Positions 1-13,470 of a stretch of DNA of 64,000 nucleotides are shown one piece after another (within the stretch, counting starts at the first letter, position 1; each line of letters opens with the position of its first letter). The notes below the pieces were generated by a model, which saw only the letters and a list, made by a program, of their open reading frames with translations, had not been told where the DNA came from and did no database searches. The position numbers and the translations under genes were made by a program. The DNA is from Mobula birostris. Lineage: Eukaryota. The DNA is taken from NCBI RefSeq assembly GCF_030028105.1, contig NC_092379.1:28327821-28391820 (forward strand). Direction: 5' to 3'.

Positions 1-1432
1 AATACTTCCGCAAAACAGAAAATGAAACAGTCACGAGGCACACTTCAGAAGTTCCTTATTTTTCATTTTCCAGATCTATCTGAATTTATTCCCTTCGTGA
101 AAAGGATACATACTCTCTGTGTATTAAAGTTGCGCCATCATCATCCATTGGAGTCATTATAGGAGAGAAAGCAACAAATATTTCTGCGAAAACATTCTCA
201 TAAACCCTACTAATATAAGATTAAGTTCATTTTATTAGCTAATCCACTGTTTATGCTGCAGGGCTCCTTAAGAATTATTTTTCATATTCGGGTGTCCGTT
301 GCATTGTGGCACTCGCTCTGCATATTACAATGGTTTGTAACAGATTGGAACAGATTATCGGGAATATGATGGAGAGCATGAACTATTCTTCGCACTGCAC
401 AGATGCTGTCTGAACTTGCAGATGTTTGTTTCAACTTCACTTTCCTTTCTGATACTGAGAACACAGTATGTTGTTTTTGCAAGAGGTTTACATTGAAGTC
501 TACAGCGCCACTAACTTTGAACGCGTTGTCGTACACATCACCATGCGGTGCCCTTGAACGGGATCCCATTTAGAGATGTACGAAGAATCAAACACATAGA
601 ATTAATAGAATTCATCATAAAGAATGTCCCTCAGAACATACCATTTGTCACTTTACAGGAACAGATTAACCCCATTCCCTTCGACGTCTGTTCATTTTTG
701 ACATCATATGCACAGTATAAATATCGGCGTTTTTTCAATAAATGATTTCATATTCAGGTGAAAAAAATTTGCATCAGAGTATGATGATATGTGAAATATT
801 GTACCTCCAGTCGTGGTTGAGTGCACTTTGCAAGTCCATGTCTTCCAGAGCGTCACAGTTTGAAAACATCATCTGTTTGGGTGCTTCCTGTTAGTCAAAC
901 AATCGAGGATTGGCTTCTGTAGAATTGATTTGCATTTATCCACTATGCCTCTCTTAATGGGGATTTTCTTTACTTCCGATACAACAATATTTTAAGATAA
1001 TTAAACAAAAGGTTGTATTCTTGCCGATTAAAAACGACACACACAACGGCTCAAGGCCATGTCCTTGCATTCTACTGTTACCAAAATGCTAGACTTGCCC
1101 TTTAATGTCTGCGATTTGAGAGTCGTGAATCAAAACATGTGGAAAACATCCACTGGGAGGGTGCGACATCCTACCCTGCCGAACAGTAGCAGGATACAAG
1201 ATGTCGCTCTGTTTTTATCTGTTTATTTCTGAGTCTCGACTTCAGAAAATAGGTGCGTGACAAATTAATTTTAATTAGGCGGGAAATTTGCTGCTTAATC
1301 TCAACAATCTGAGCAAAGAGATATTGTTTTATATCCTGACATTTCTCTCTGCGGATAACCATCGATTCTTTATATCGATCACCTTGATCATCGGGAGTTT
1401 GCAGCCCAGGTTTACGAAAGAAAAGCACTTCA
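1..1432 (+). repeat. Paralogue of the V-upstream region 56480-58795
   Basis: Examples: TTCATTTTCCAGATCT (61/56550), GCACTGCACAGATG (392/56857), AAGATGTCG.TCTGTTTTTAT (1198/58541), TTATATCCTGACAT (1328/58671). Confidence 0.85.
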
Positions 1433-2920
1433 TTATAACACTGTTCACTTTAACGTTTATGAACATCGACCTGCTTCGGTGTCTCTAATTCCGTAAAATA
1501 TTGGAGCAGATTCTTTGTAACAAATTGCATCAGGGTTAATCATCTTTACACTGTGCACAGAAACAACACATCGTAGAACATTTTATGCTGGAGCTTTACT
1601 TCACAACTGTAGAGTAATCTCTCCTTACGTCGTCAGCATTAAAGTTGTAATCTGCATCTCCTAAAAAAAAAAATAATCTTATTGGCGCCGTCGTCGTCGC
1701 TGCTGTTGTTGTTGTTGTTGTTGGTTAATATGCAAGGAAAGTGGAAACTCATTAATTGCACTATTGCCTGAGAATCCAGTAGGAATGGATGAGTGAAATT
1801 TCCTTCCGGGTTCACTTATAATTTTTTTCCTTGTCTGCTCTTCCAAAATAAGAGTTACTCCGACTGGTGGCAAAGAGAACCCCGGCGAAATGCCTGTTTC
1901 CGTCTATCAATGTCTCTTCCTCTAAAGTCGACAAGAATTTAATTTACAGAATAATTCCAGACTTCCCTTGAAATGGTGCAGTTCTGTCTGTTCACTATAT
2001 TTGGATTCGGTGTGGTTCAGGACCCGGTGGTATACGACAGTATCGTGGTCTTCAGAATTTTTAACTCCACGCTCTCACAAACACAAATACAATGCAAAGC
2101 AGATTGAGTTGTTAGCGCCGCGACTTCTTTGAACACTCTTGTTCTAATTCAATGCAGATATTCAGGGGAACGGATTATACCGTCAACATATGAGTATATA
2201 ATGATTGGTTATAATCAGACGCCACTATTATAATCACTGCATTTCAGAGGTAGTGGAGTATAAGAGCGGGATAAGTAGCAGAATAATATTCTCCCAATAA
2301 TCTCAACTGTGGGTTCATGGCAGTTTTTCACTACCAGTTCAAAAGTGGACAGCCCATTGCGATACCACTAGGTAGCGATCAGAATTGCCTGATCTTCTTC
2401 AACCCATAATGTTCTCATAGTCGTAGATTGCTTTTCTGGTGTCTACTGGATGATCAAGGTAAATCCACTAAATATGTCGTCGCCATGGGCATTCAACTCT
2501 TATTTTGGAAGAGCAGACAAGGAAAAAAAAATAATAAATGGAACCTGAAGGAAATTTCACTCATCCATTCCTACTGGATTCTCAGGCAATAGTACAATTC
2601 ATGAGTTTCCACTTTCCCTGGATATTAGCCAACAACAACAACAACAACAGCGACGACGACGACGCCAGTACGATGAAAGTTTTTTTTTTAGGAGATACAG
2701 ATTACAATTTTAACGCTGACGACGTGGGGAGAGATTACTAGGCAGTTGTGAAGGAAAGCACAAGCATAAAAGGTTCTACGATGAGTTGTTTTTGTGCACA
2801 GTGTAAAGATTATTAACCCTGATGCAATTTGTTACAAAGAATCTGCTCGAATATTTTACGGAATTAGTGACACTCAGGCAGGTCGATAGTTCATAATCTT
2901 TAAAGTGAACAGTGTTATAA
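1433..2920. repeat. Long inverted repeat: arms ~1433-1856 and ~2495-2920 around a ~640-bp spacer
   Basis: TTATAACACTGTTCACTTTAA...GGAGCAGATTCTTTGTAACAAATTGCATCAGGGTTAAT...CCTTGTCTGCTCTTCCAAAATAAGAGTT is matched in reverse complement at 2495-2920, including the (GTT)n/(AAC)n and (GTC)n/(GAC)n runs. Confidence 0.9.
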
Positions 2921-4504
2921 GGAAAATAATCAATAAACGCCAAGCCTAATTGGGGTGTTAACTAAAATTCACAAATGGGAAACGAGGCCTACACTACGGC
3001 TGAAAAGGAAATCTAAACATTATCAGAATACCGCTTGTCGTCAGGGCCAGTTGACTCGAAAGTCCAATTTCTCAGAGAAGAGCGAAAGCAAACAGTCAGC
3101 GAAGCTTTGCTGTTGTCAGTCCAAATCTCGGTCAGCACTAGGACGACAAGTATAGAGTTAAATACTATCAAGTTTAAATAATAATCTAGAATACCCCAGT
3201 GGCTGTGCCCCTTGACAATAAGTACTCCTGTTTGAGTACTGTTGGGGTGGGGGGGGGGCGGGGAACAGCTTACCTAGGGGAACCAACAGTGGCCGTGCCT
3301 CCGGCACAGTGCCTGGCCCTTTAGCTCAGAAGGGTAAGGAAAGGAAGACAAGGGCAGTAGTAATAGGGGACTCGATAGTTAGGGGATCAGATAGGCGATT
3401 CGGTGGACGCAATCAGGCACCGGATATTAGTTTGCCTCCCTAGTGCCAGGGTCCGGGATGTCTCTGATCGCGTCCAAGAAATCCTGAAGTGGGAGGGTGA
3501 GGAGCCAGAGATCGTGGTAGCTATAGATATCAATTAAATAGGTAGGAAAATGGAAGAAGTCTTGAAAGGAGAATATAAGGAGTTAGGGTTGAAATTGAGA
3601 AGAAGGACCGCAAAGGTAGAAATCTCGGGATTTCTGCCAGTGACACGCGACAGTGAGATTAGGAATGGAATGAGGTGGAGGACAAATGCGTGGCTGAGAG
3701 ATTGGAGCAGGGGTCAGGGATTCAAGTTTCTGGATCATTGGGACCTCTTTTGGCGCAGGTGTGACCTGTACAAAATGGACCAGTTGCACTTGAATCCTGG
3801 CGGGACAAATATCCTGGCAGGGAGGGTACAGGGGAGACTTGAAACTAGAATGGTTAGGGGGTGGAAACAAATTGAAGAGACGGGGAATGAGGAGGTTAGT
3901 TCATAACTAGAGGAAGATAGTAGACCGTGTGTGAGCTAGGATAGGCAGGGGACAGAGAACGGGAACACTCAGACCGAAAATGTAGTCGAGAAGGGAGAAG
4001 AAGATAACAAAGTTGTTGGCACCATTAGGATAAACAGAGAGTAAGAGGTAGAGACTTTATTAAATGCATCTATTTCAATGCTAGGAGCATTGTAAGAAAG
4101 GTGGATGAGTTGAGGGCATGGGTTGATACCTGGAAATATGATGTTGTAGCTATTAGTGAAACATGATTGCAGGAGGGGTGTGATTGGCACCTAAATACTC
4201 CTGGATTTCATAGCTTCAGGTGTGATAGAATCGGAAGGAGTATGAGGGGCATGTGTTGCATTGCTTGTCAAAGAAAATATTACAGCAGTGCTTTGGCAGA
4301 ATGGATTAGAGGACTCGTCTAGGGAGCCTATTAGGGTAGAATTGAGGAATGGGAAAGGTGTAATAACGCTTGTAGGGGTGTATTATAGACCACCTAATGG
4401 CGAAGGAGAATTGGAGGAGCAATTTTGTAAAGAGATAGCAGATATTTGTAGTAAGTTCAAGGATCGAATTGTGGGAGATTTTAATTTTCCACTCATAGAC
4501 TAGG

Positions 4505-5481
4505 TGAGGCCGGGTCCTGAATTACCCCTATGAGCTGTGCTCGATTACCCCTACNNNNNNNNNNNNNNNNNNNNNNNNNNNNNNNNNNNNNNNNNNNNNN
4601 NNNNNNNNNNNNNNNNNNNNNNNNNNNNNNNNNNNNNNNNNNNNNNNNNNNNNNNNNNNNNNNNNNNNNNNNNNNNNNNNNNNNNNNNNNNNNNNNNNNN
4701 NNNNNNNNNNNNNNNNNNNNNNNNNNNNNTTGTTTCTAAAAGCGAGAGAGAGATGAAGACTGCTCACAGGTTGTTTATACTTTCTTCAAGGATATTTGCC
4801 TGCTTGTACATTTCTTGCACAGGCAAAGGAAGGAGGAGTTATTTGAGAGACAGCTGATGCTCAGCACGGGAAGATAAAAGAGAAGGTAAGATGTTAGACC
4901 TCAGATACATGTTTTGAGACACTGAATAAGCTTTGTTGTGCCCGCAGAAAAAGTGGGTTTTTGGAGGATTGATCGGTCTGATTGATCAATGGCTCTTGCA
5001 GTGGAAAGGAAAAGGCAGTGACGGGTGAGGAGTTCTCCATCTGTCCACCCTTGCTTGGTTGATAGCTCCACCACAGAAAACCGGTCCTCCATGATGTGGT
5101 CACAGTTGGTGACTTTTAAAGGATTTCGATGGAAAACGAGAAGATCGACGGCGTCAGCTCACCCGAAAACTCAAATCTCTTCCTATTTCTTTCTCCCTCT
5201 ATCACTAATCAACTCAACACCACAAACTGAACTGAACTGAACTTCACTCATCATCGTAAGACGGTATCGTTTTACCCCTAAACATGAAGAAGCTGGATTT
5301 CCATATATTTCCACTTACTGATATACTGATTTATAATCAATACTAACATGTTTGATTTACCTCCAAATAAATTACTGTATTGCATAGTTACTGATAAATA
5401 TTATTAGGTAATCGCAAAAACGGACTCCAAAGTGCTTTCCATCTCTGCTGGTTCTTTATTCCCGTCACGGCTTACGTGACA
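4505..5481. mobile_element. Solo LTR-like insertion in CR1 (contains N gap 4555-4729)
   Basis: Begins TG (4505) and ends GTGACA (5481). Flanked by CTAGG (4500-4504) and CTGGG (5482-5486), a 5-bp TSD with one mismatch. CR1 ATAGAC|TGGGAA continues across it. Confidence 0.6.
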
Positions 5482-6614
5482 CTGGGAAACTCATTCTGTA
5501 ATCGGGCTGGATGGTTTGGAGTTTGTAAAATGTGCGCAAGATAGTTTTTGCAGCAATACCTAAAGGACAAACTAGAGAAAAGGCAATGTGGCTTCTCCTG
5601 TTGGGGAATGAAATAGGTCACGTGACGGAGGTATGTTCTGGGGTGCACTTCGCGTCCAGTGACCACAATGCCACTAGTTTCAATATCATTAGGGAGAAGG
5701 ATAGGACTGGACCCAGGGTTCAAATTTTTGATTGGAGAAAGACTAACTTTGAGGAGATGCGAAAGGATTTAAAAGGAGTGGATTGGGACAATTTGTTTAA
5801 TGGGAAGGATGTAATAGAGTAATGGAGGTCATTTAAAGGTGAACTATTGAGGGTACAGAATCTTTATGTTGCTGTTAGGTTGAAAGGAAAGGTTAACAGT
5901 TTGAGAGAGCCATGGTTTTCAAAGGATATTGGAAACTTGGTTCGGAAAAAAAAAAGAGAGATCTACAATATATATACGCAGCTTGGAGTAAATGAGGTGT
6001 TCAAGGAATATAAAGAATGTAAAAATAATCTTCAGGAAGAAATTAGAAAAGCTAGAAGAAGGTATGAGGTTGCTTTGGTAAGTAATGTGAAAATAAATCC
6101 AAAGGGCTTCTACAGTTATATTAATAGCAAAAGGATAGAGAGGGACAAAATTGGTCCTTTAGAGATTCAGAGTGGACGGCTATGTGCGGAGTCAAAAGAG
6201 CTGGGGGCGATTTTGAACAATTAATTTTCTTCGGTGTTCACTGAGGAGAAGGTTATTCAATTGTGCAAGGTAGGGGAAACAAGGAGGGTAGTTATGACAT
6301 CTATGACGATTAAAGACGAGGAAGCACTGGCGCTTTTATGGTATATAAAAGTGGATAAGCCTCCGGGTCCTGACAGGATATTCGCTAGGGCCTTGAGGGA
6401 AGTTAGTGTGGAAATAGCAGGGACTCTGACAGAAATATTTCAAATGTCATTAGAAACGGGGATGGTGCCGAGGGATTGGTGTATTGCTCATGTTGTTCCA
6501 TTGTTTAAAAAGGGTTCGAAGAGTAAACTTCGCAATTATCGGCCGGTGAGTTTGACGTCAGTGGTGGGTAAATTGATGGAAAGTATTCTTAGAGATGGCA
6601 TGTATAATTACCTG

Positions 6615-7577
6615 TAATTATAGGTAACTCTCGCAACGCCTGAAGTTGTCGTCTCGCCTTGCATTGCCTGAGGCCGTGCCTTGTCTTGTTGGTAACTCTC
6701 GCCTCGTCTCGCCTGCAGTCTTGACCTGGAACCACCCTGTACCTAGTCCCTTCCTGTTCCTTGCCTCCGTCGGGTAAGCCCGGCCGTCTCGCCGTTACCT
6801 GCGGTTAGTTCTGCCCCTTCCTGTCCCATGCTTTCGTCCGGTCCTGAACCGCGCCCTGACCAGGAGTATCAGCGCCCTGCCAAGGTGAACGGCGTCCTGC
6901 CCCGATGGAGCCTGCCTAGCCTCAAGCTTGAAGACTCCAGCCTCCTGTTTCGGCTCAAACCTCCGGCCAAGCCTCAAGACTGAAGACTGCAGCTTCCTGC
7001 CTAGCCGCAAGCCTAAAGACTCCAGCCTCCAGCCACGCCTCAAGTCCCCTGCCTCCAGCCTCCAGCCTCGCCTCAAGTCCCCTGCCTCCAGCCTCCAGCC
7101 TCCCCTCGCCTCAAGTCTGTAGCCTCCTGCCAAGCCTCGCCTCAAGTCTGTAGCCTCCTGCCACGCCTCGCCTCAAGTCTCTCGCCTCCTGTCAAGCCTC
7201 GACACAGGTCTCCTTCCTCCTGTCAAGAATCCCCACAAGTCTCCTGTCTCCTGCGAAACCTCGCCTAAAGTCTCTCGCCTCCAGCCAAGCCTGGCCTCAA
7301 GTCTCTGAGACTCCAGCCTCGTCCTGCCTGTCAGTCAAGCCTCGTCCCGGCCTAGTTCTGGGGTCCGAGCCAGAGGCAAGACCCAGGTACTGGGTCCCTG
7401 TCTAGTCTCTGGCTCGGAGTCCAAGCCCGAGCTCCTAGCTCTTTTGTCCAATCCTGTTCCGGGTTCCCGGTTTTCCTATTTATGTCCTTGCCATCGCCCT
7501 GCATCCTTGTCCTGTACCTAATACTTCAGCGTCAGTGTCTTGCACTTGGGTCCGTTCCCAGCCACCGCTTTATGACA
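6615..7577 (-). mobile_element. LTR-like insertion in CR1 RT, with GC-rich tandem repeats
   Basis: CR1 RT stops after GMYNYL and resumes at GGAAGGGCATGC (7578). The minus strand begins TGTCATAAAGCGG...GGACCCAAGTGC. Internal GCCTCAAG-based 24-30 nt tandem array at ~6915-7330. The other end appears truncated. Confidence 0.5.
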
Positions 7578-8759
7578 GGAAGGGCATGCTTGACAAATCT
7601 TATTGAATTTTTTGAAGAGGTTACTAGGAAAGTTGACGAGGGTAAAGCGGTGCATGTTGTCTATATGGACTTCAGTAAGACCTTTGACAAGGTTCCACAC
7701 GGAGGGTTATTCCGGAACGTTCCATCGTTGGGTATTAATATTGAATTAGCAAAATGGATTTAGCAGTGGCTGGATGGGAGACTCCAGATATTCGTGGTGG
7801 ACAGTCATGATCTGGATAATGGGGTGGTAAATTGGATTAGTAAATATGCAGATGCTACTCTTATATGTGGAGTTGTGGATAATGATGTAGGCTTTCAAAA
7901 CAGGTAGATTAATTTAGGCTAGGTAGAAGAGTGGGCTGAAAGATGGCAGATGCAGTTTAATGCTGATACATCTGAGGTGCTACATTTTGGTAGGACTGCT
8001 AAAATAGGATATATATGTCAAATGGTAGGGTATTGAAGAATGCAGTGGAACAGAGGGATCTAAGAATAATGGTGCATAGTTCCCTGAAGTTGGAATTTCA
8101 TGTGGGTAGGGTGGTGAAGAAACCTTTTGGTATACTAGCCTTTATAAATCCGAGCAGTGAGTATAGGAGTTGGGATGTAATGCTGAAATTGTATAAGGCA
8201 TTGGTCAGGCCAAACTTGAAGTATTGTGTACAGTTTTGGTCACCGAGTTATAGGAAAGATGTCAACAAAATTGGGAGAGTACAGGGAAGATTTACCAGAA
8301 TGTTACGTGGGTTTCATCTCCTAACTTATAGAGAAAGGTTGAACAAGTTGGGTCTTCACTCTTTGGAGAATAGAACGTTAAGGGGGGACTTGATAGAGGT
8401 ATTTTAAAAGCATGAGTGGGTAAGATAGAGTTGACGTGGATAGTTTTTTTTTTGTTTCGATTGAGAGTGGGGGAGATTCAAACAAGAGGATATGAGTTGA
8501 GAGTAAAACGGCAAAACGTTAAGAGTAACATGAGGGGTAACTTCTTTACTCAGAGACTGGTAGCTGTGTGGAAAAAGCTTCCAGCAGAAGTGGTTGGGAC
8601 AGATTCGATGTTGTCATTTAAAGTTAAATTGGATAGCGATATGGATAGGAAATGACTGCAGGGTGATGGGGTGAGTGCAGGTCGGTGGGACTAGGTGAAA
8701 GTAAGAGTTCGGTACGGACTAGAAGAGCCGAGATGACCTGTTTCCGTGCTGTAATTGTT

Positions 8760-9065
8760 ATATGGTTATATGGCTAATAATTAGCTGACACGTACACATT
8801 CACAAGCGCAATTGCTGTATCTACCACGCGGCACAATCACTGGTTCTGACAAACCCAATTGAAAAATGGAGATAACAGAGATTAGAGCTGACATTTCAAA
8901 ATTTTAAATCAAATGGATAACCAAATTGCACACGCGTCACATTTGTCCTTGAGATTCTGATGTGCAATTTTCTTATTTGAGTCATCAGTGCATTGCAATG
9001 CATAACAATTATAATGCACTACAATAAAAAGTGTACATATAATAAACAAAAAAATAGCAGTGTAA
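8760..9065 (+). repeat. Duplicated block directly after a CR1 tail (second copy 50020-50340)
   Basis: TAATAATTAGCTGACACGTAC...GGTTCTGACAAACCCAATTGAAAAA...CCTTGAGATTCTGATGTGCAATTT...GAGTCATCAGTGCATTGCAATGCATAA present in both; roughly 85% identical by eye. Confidence 0.85.
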
Positions 9066-11154
9066 AAAGTGAGGGGGGAGATACTAAGGGACTGTATTGG
9101 GCTCATGGTCTACACGAAAATCTGACGGCAGCGGGGAAACAACTCTTCCTGACAAGTTAAATGTTAGGACATATCCTCGGTGATGGTGGTTGGGGTGGAG
9201 ACTTCTGTGATTCATGCGGTCCTTTCGAAGTATCGCCTTTTGAAGGTATCCTGGATGCCTGCGAGTGTTGTGTCAGTGATGAAGCTTGCTTTGTTTAAAA
9301 TGTTCTGCCGTTTGTTCCTGTGCAGTCCCCCACCATCGCAGACGCAGATGCAACCAGTTATAATGCTGCCCAATGTTTATCTCTGGATATTACCGTGAGT
9401 ATTTGATGGAAACCAATTCTCAAGTTGCATGTGACATTTCGCCGCTGTAATGCCTTCTTTGTAATTGTGCCCAGTATAAATCCACAGTACTGTCAATAGT
9501 CACGCATTTGAAATTGCTCATCCTTTCACTTCTGATCCCCGATAAAGTTTGGTTTGTCTTCCATCCGCTTCCATTCCTGAAGTTCAACATGAATTTTGGT
9601 CTTACTAAGACTACAGTCAAGTAGGTGATCTCTATAGCTGCCATACGCCTCTTCGTGTCACTATCTGAAATTATGCAAACAATATTTTGTTGTCGTGAAA
9701 TTTATCGATGGCATTAGATTTGTGCCAGGCCACAGTATCGTACTTGTAGTAAGGGTCGAGAATTGGGTATGGTTGAAGTGCGGCAATTTGCTCGTCATCA
9801 AGGATGAGATGTATGTTATTTCCAGTTCGTACACCAGGTGGTCTCCCAGTTAGGAAACCTAATCCAGTTGCAGGGGGAGGTATAGGCTCCCAGGTTTTGA
9901 GCGTGATAATTTAAGCTGAGTTCTGCTGATGGCTTCGCAGAAAGGCATCCCAATACTGATTTTTTAAATACAAAATTGATTGTCAATCGGAAGTCTCCAA
10001 GTATGCGATGAAAACTTGACACAACTGATTGTTATTATTCCCTAGCTATTTGTGTCTTATTTTCATTTGCGACAGAGTTGTGGTGGCAATCATGAAACTT
10101 TCAAGAAATATTACTTCATTTACCTAATTTAGAGACATTTGACAATGTCTCTAAATTATTCTATACAGATATGGCTGTGTATCAGCAGAACTCATATCTT
10201 GAATGTGTTGATGCCTGGATTTTTGTATTAGATTTTCAGTATCTCTAGCCGTGGATATTCACGTCTACCGTGAAGAAACATGAATACCTGCTGCAGCTCT
10301 TCTATTTCCGCCTTTGCATCCTAGTTGAATTGGGTAATATATTTACGCAAAGATAAGCAGAACGCTGTATAACAGCACAGCTCGAGCTGGTTTAGTGGGC
10401 TCTTGTACATCTTCGTGCGCAGGTTCAATCTAGCAAATATCTGAGAAGAAGATAGAGAATATAAATTCTCCCGTATTCCATGGTGTGCAAGATAAGATGA
10501 CGCACTGGAAAAGCCCGTCACATCGATTGCCCAGTAAGCAGTGTCTACAAACACTCGGAGGCACTGGAAGCAACTGCACAAAATAAACTCTGGACTTTCT
10601 TTAAGTTTCATAGACGACTACACATATAATAAACGCAATCATCTTCTCAATAAATTCTTAAGTTATTCAGAGAAAAGCTACTTTCGCAGCCACTAATGGG
10701 AGACGAAGAAATATTGCGTGCCAGAAGTTTTAGCTCGTGTCTGATCTCTCTTATGTTCTGCCTGAAATCGACCAAAGATGATTACTGACTGACATTATCT
10801 CCTTTGTGGCATACTTACTTCTTAACACTGCCTTTCATACTTCTGGCATCGTCTGACTCAACGTGTAAGCGCAGTTTGATGACAGTTTTCTCCAAGACGC
10901 CCTTCACCTTCATCACCTTCGGTCACCGCCGAGCCTCACTTTGCAAATAAGGTTGACATACAAAGAATTTGATCCATTGTTTACATACCTTGAGCGGTTG
11001 CGAGCTGACCTTTCGAATCCTGCACCACGCTTGAGAGCCTGTTTGTTCGTGTGTCACGGTTTTGATACTATTGGATGTCTCTTGTGGTTGGTTGCTTCAG
11101 ACAGAGTTTGTTGTATTTTTAATCCGACGGTCCCTTTCCATTGTATGATTACAC

Positions 11155-11700
11155 ATTTACAGAGCCGGGGAACGTTTCTGTGAAGGTTAATTTCTCCTCG
11201 GTAACTTGTTTTTCACTGTGATAATCGACACTAATCTAAAATACTACTTTGATACCGGAAGCTAGACAAGAATTGTACTGCAAAATTCGAACACACTCCA
11301 GGTACCCTGCAACGACGCTTATTAAATTTAAGGTTGCAGATTGTTCGATGTGTTGATTGTGATTTATTATTTATTTTACTGTTACACTGGGGTCATCAAA
11401 ATACTGTGGTACAGTTGATTTGAAAAACAACCTTCCAAATAAAAAAAAGAACAATGTTTTCAATGTAACTTATCAAGGAAGTCGTGTTCATCCAGATATG
11501 CTCCGGAACAGACAACAACGACAAAAATTGTTGCGGATTCCAATAGAGAATGTGAATCTCAATACTACGGAACAGACCAATGGTACGACATAACAGCAAA
11601 ATATACATAACCATCCTTCGACCGACAATGTATCACAATATATTTTGCACTGAACAAGAATTCGCTCTCAACATTCCACGAGCTCAATAGAGGGCGAACT
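11155..11700 (+). pseudogene. Decayed TCR V pseudogene, paralogue of the V at 59572-60047
   Basis: Leader end and donor TTTCTCCTCG|GTAACTTGTTTTTCACTGTG (11191-11220) match TTTCTTCTGG|GTAAGCTATTCCTTCACTGTG. Intron end TATTATTTATTTTACTGTTAC matches ...GTTAG (acceptor AG>AC at 11385). CGGAACAGACAA aligns to WYRQ; YDITAKYT aligns to YDKSKKYT. Post-RSS GAGCTCAATAGAGGGCGAAC matches GAGCTCGATAGAGGGCGTAC. Contains stops and indels. Confidence 0.75.
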
Positions 11701-12974
11701 CATCAAAATACATATTGCTGGCAAGGCACTGTCGAAACAAATCCTAACGAATGTCTGAAGGCTTAATTGAATGGTTTTAAAATATCGAGTGTTCAGCACG
11801 AACGCAATGGCATTCTCTGATATATATTTTATTTATGTTCTTGCTTTTTGGTCTTTTTTGACTATGCTCACACCAAAATTTGATTGCAGTACTCCTGTGG
11901 TGTTTAACATCACGGAGCATTCAGCCTCAAACATTGCGTTACCACAGTGGTCAATAGCAATAGATGAAATTTTGAAGGGGGTGACCGATGAATAGACCGA
12001 ATATTGGCGAAAGACGTGTACATATTCTGATCAGACTAAACTTCCTATCAATATCAGAAAGATGCCACCGTAACGTGATTTCACACAGCAACCATAATAT
12101 CGCTGGGGATTTCAGTCAACGACTTGTAAACACACTTCTGATATATTTCATAAACATAATGACTCTCACATCGATCTCTCACTATACATCTTTCCGCACA
12201 TACACTGGTAAAATTTGTCATCCTTTCTCATTGTTTCCCAGTCTCCTCCGTGTTCCCTTCTCAGTATGATGCTTTCACTAAAAGCGAAAGTACATCTGAG
12301 ATGTCATCATTCTGTAAAGTACAGGAGTTCCCTTTCTCATAAATTGATATTTCCCTCGCACTCATCCACTCCATTTTGCATCGACTCATCGCCCTGAGAG
12401 GGATAAATTTTCCATTGTACTTACGAGGCACAAACAGCACATCACTCCACGGAACTTCTGCTATTGTCCACAAATATATTTATAAGCACAACTTTCTCTC
12501 AACCTTTGCATTTTTTTCTGCTTTCTACAGGGATCACCCCCTCTGTGACTCTACTGTCATGCGCATCTGCATACTGGTCTCCATGCAGTCACTTATCTCT
12601 ACCAATGGAATATCTGATGAAGTTGCCCATTCACCTCCTCACTTACCACCAATCAGGGTCATGAAACAGTCTTTCCAGATGATTCAGTAGTTTATCTCTC
12701 TGTCTTTCGTGGGAACCTTTTTTTTCTGACCCTCCAGGTGCTGCCTAGTCTGACGCAATGAAATCCAGCTGGGTTGGTAAGCTTCGTCGTGCATCTTCGC
12801 TCTGTCCCCTAAAACAAGTTCAAAGTTCAAAGAAAATTTGCGAGTAACGTATAAACATGTCACCATAATATACCGTCAGATCATTGTCTTGTGCCCATAC
12901 TGTGGAAATCCATCAACTGAAATAATGTCACTGAAATATGGCACCCAATAGTGAAGATAATTAATAGTAATAAT

Positions 12975-12980
12975 AGGAAC

Positions 12981-13011
<31 letters not shown>

Positions 13012-13084
13012 AGAAGAAGAAGAAGATTTAGAAGAAGAAGGAGAACAAAAAGAAAAAGTAGTAGGAGAAGAAGGAGAAGAAGAA

Positions 13085-13116
<32 letters not shown>

Positions 13117-13470
13117 TTTAGAAGAAGAAGGAGAACAANNNNNNNNNNNNNNNNNNNNNNNNNNNNNNNNNNNNNNNNNNNNNNNNNNNNNNNNNNNNNN
13201 NNNNNNNNNNNNNNNNNNNNNNNNNNNNNNNNNNNNNNNNNNNNNNNNNNNNNNNNNNNNNNNNNNNNNNNNNNNNNNNNNNNNNNNNNNNNNNNNNNNN
13301 NNNNNNNNNNNNNNNNNNNNNNNNNNNNNNNNNNNNNNNNNNNNNNNNNNNNNNNNNNNNNNNNNNNNNNNNNNNNNNNNNNNNNNNNNNNNNNNNNNNN
13401 NNCAGGAAGAGAAAGCAGTAGGATAAGAACGAGAACAAGAAGAAGAAGAAGAAGAAGAGGAAGCTGATGA
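12975..13470. repeat. (GAA)n microsatellite spanning an assembly gap (N 13139-13402)
   Basis: Purine-only GAA/GAG runs on both sides of the Ns, with a longer unit ending GATTTAGAAGAAGAAGGAGAACAA seen twice. Confidence 0.95.

Larger units (their letters stand above)
3150..8765 (+). mobile_element. CR1-clade LINE, near full length and degraded (ORF1 esterase-like, endonuclease, RT), split by two LTR-like insertions
   Basis: VVIGDSIVRG-like ORF1 and FKFLDHWDLFW; endonuclease GVYYRPP...GDFNFP; RT NYRPVSLTSVVGKLMESI, CLTNLIEFFEEV, YMDFSKTFDKVPH; LYKALVRPNLKYCVQFWSP; (TTATATGG)n tail ~8757-8775. The frame resumes across 4505-5481. Confidence 0.9.

Noticed and set aside
282-569. 95-aa minus ORF with an Ig-like 'SDSICAVRR' stretch
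   Set aside because: The paralogue at ~56790-57030 has an in-frame stop; no V or C domain motif spacing, splice sites or RSS.
1857-2494. V-like words (WVEEDQAILI, WYRNG, ALYLC) on the minus strand of the inverted-repeat spacer
   Set aside because: Motifs are in different frames with wrong spacing and stops; no transposase or V domain can be supported.
2786-2842. TGTTTTTGT next to CACAGTG in the inverted-repeat arm as an RSS
   Set aside because: Nonamer-like and heptamer-like motifs are 1 nt apart or 30 nt apart, not 12 or 23.
6795-7330. Repetitive ORFs (RLEAGDLRRGW...) and a CRISPR-like look
   Set aside because: Degenerate tandem repeat without unique spacers inside an LTR-like insert in a vertebrate genome; not CRISPR and not a credible protein.
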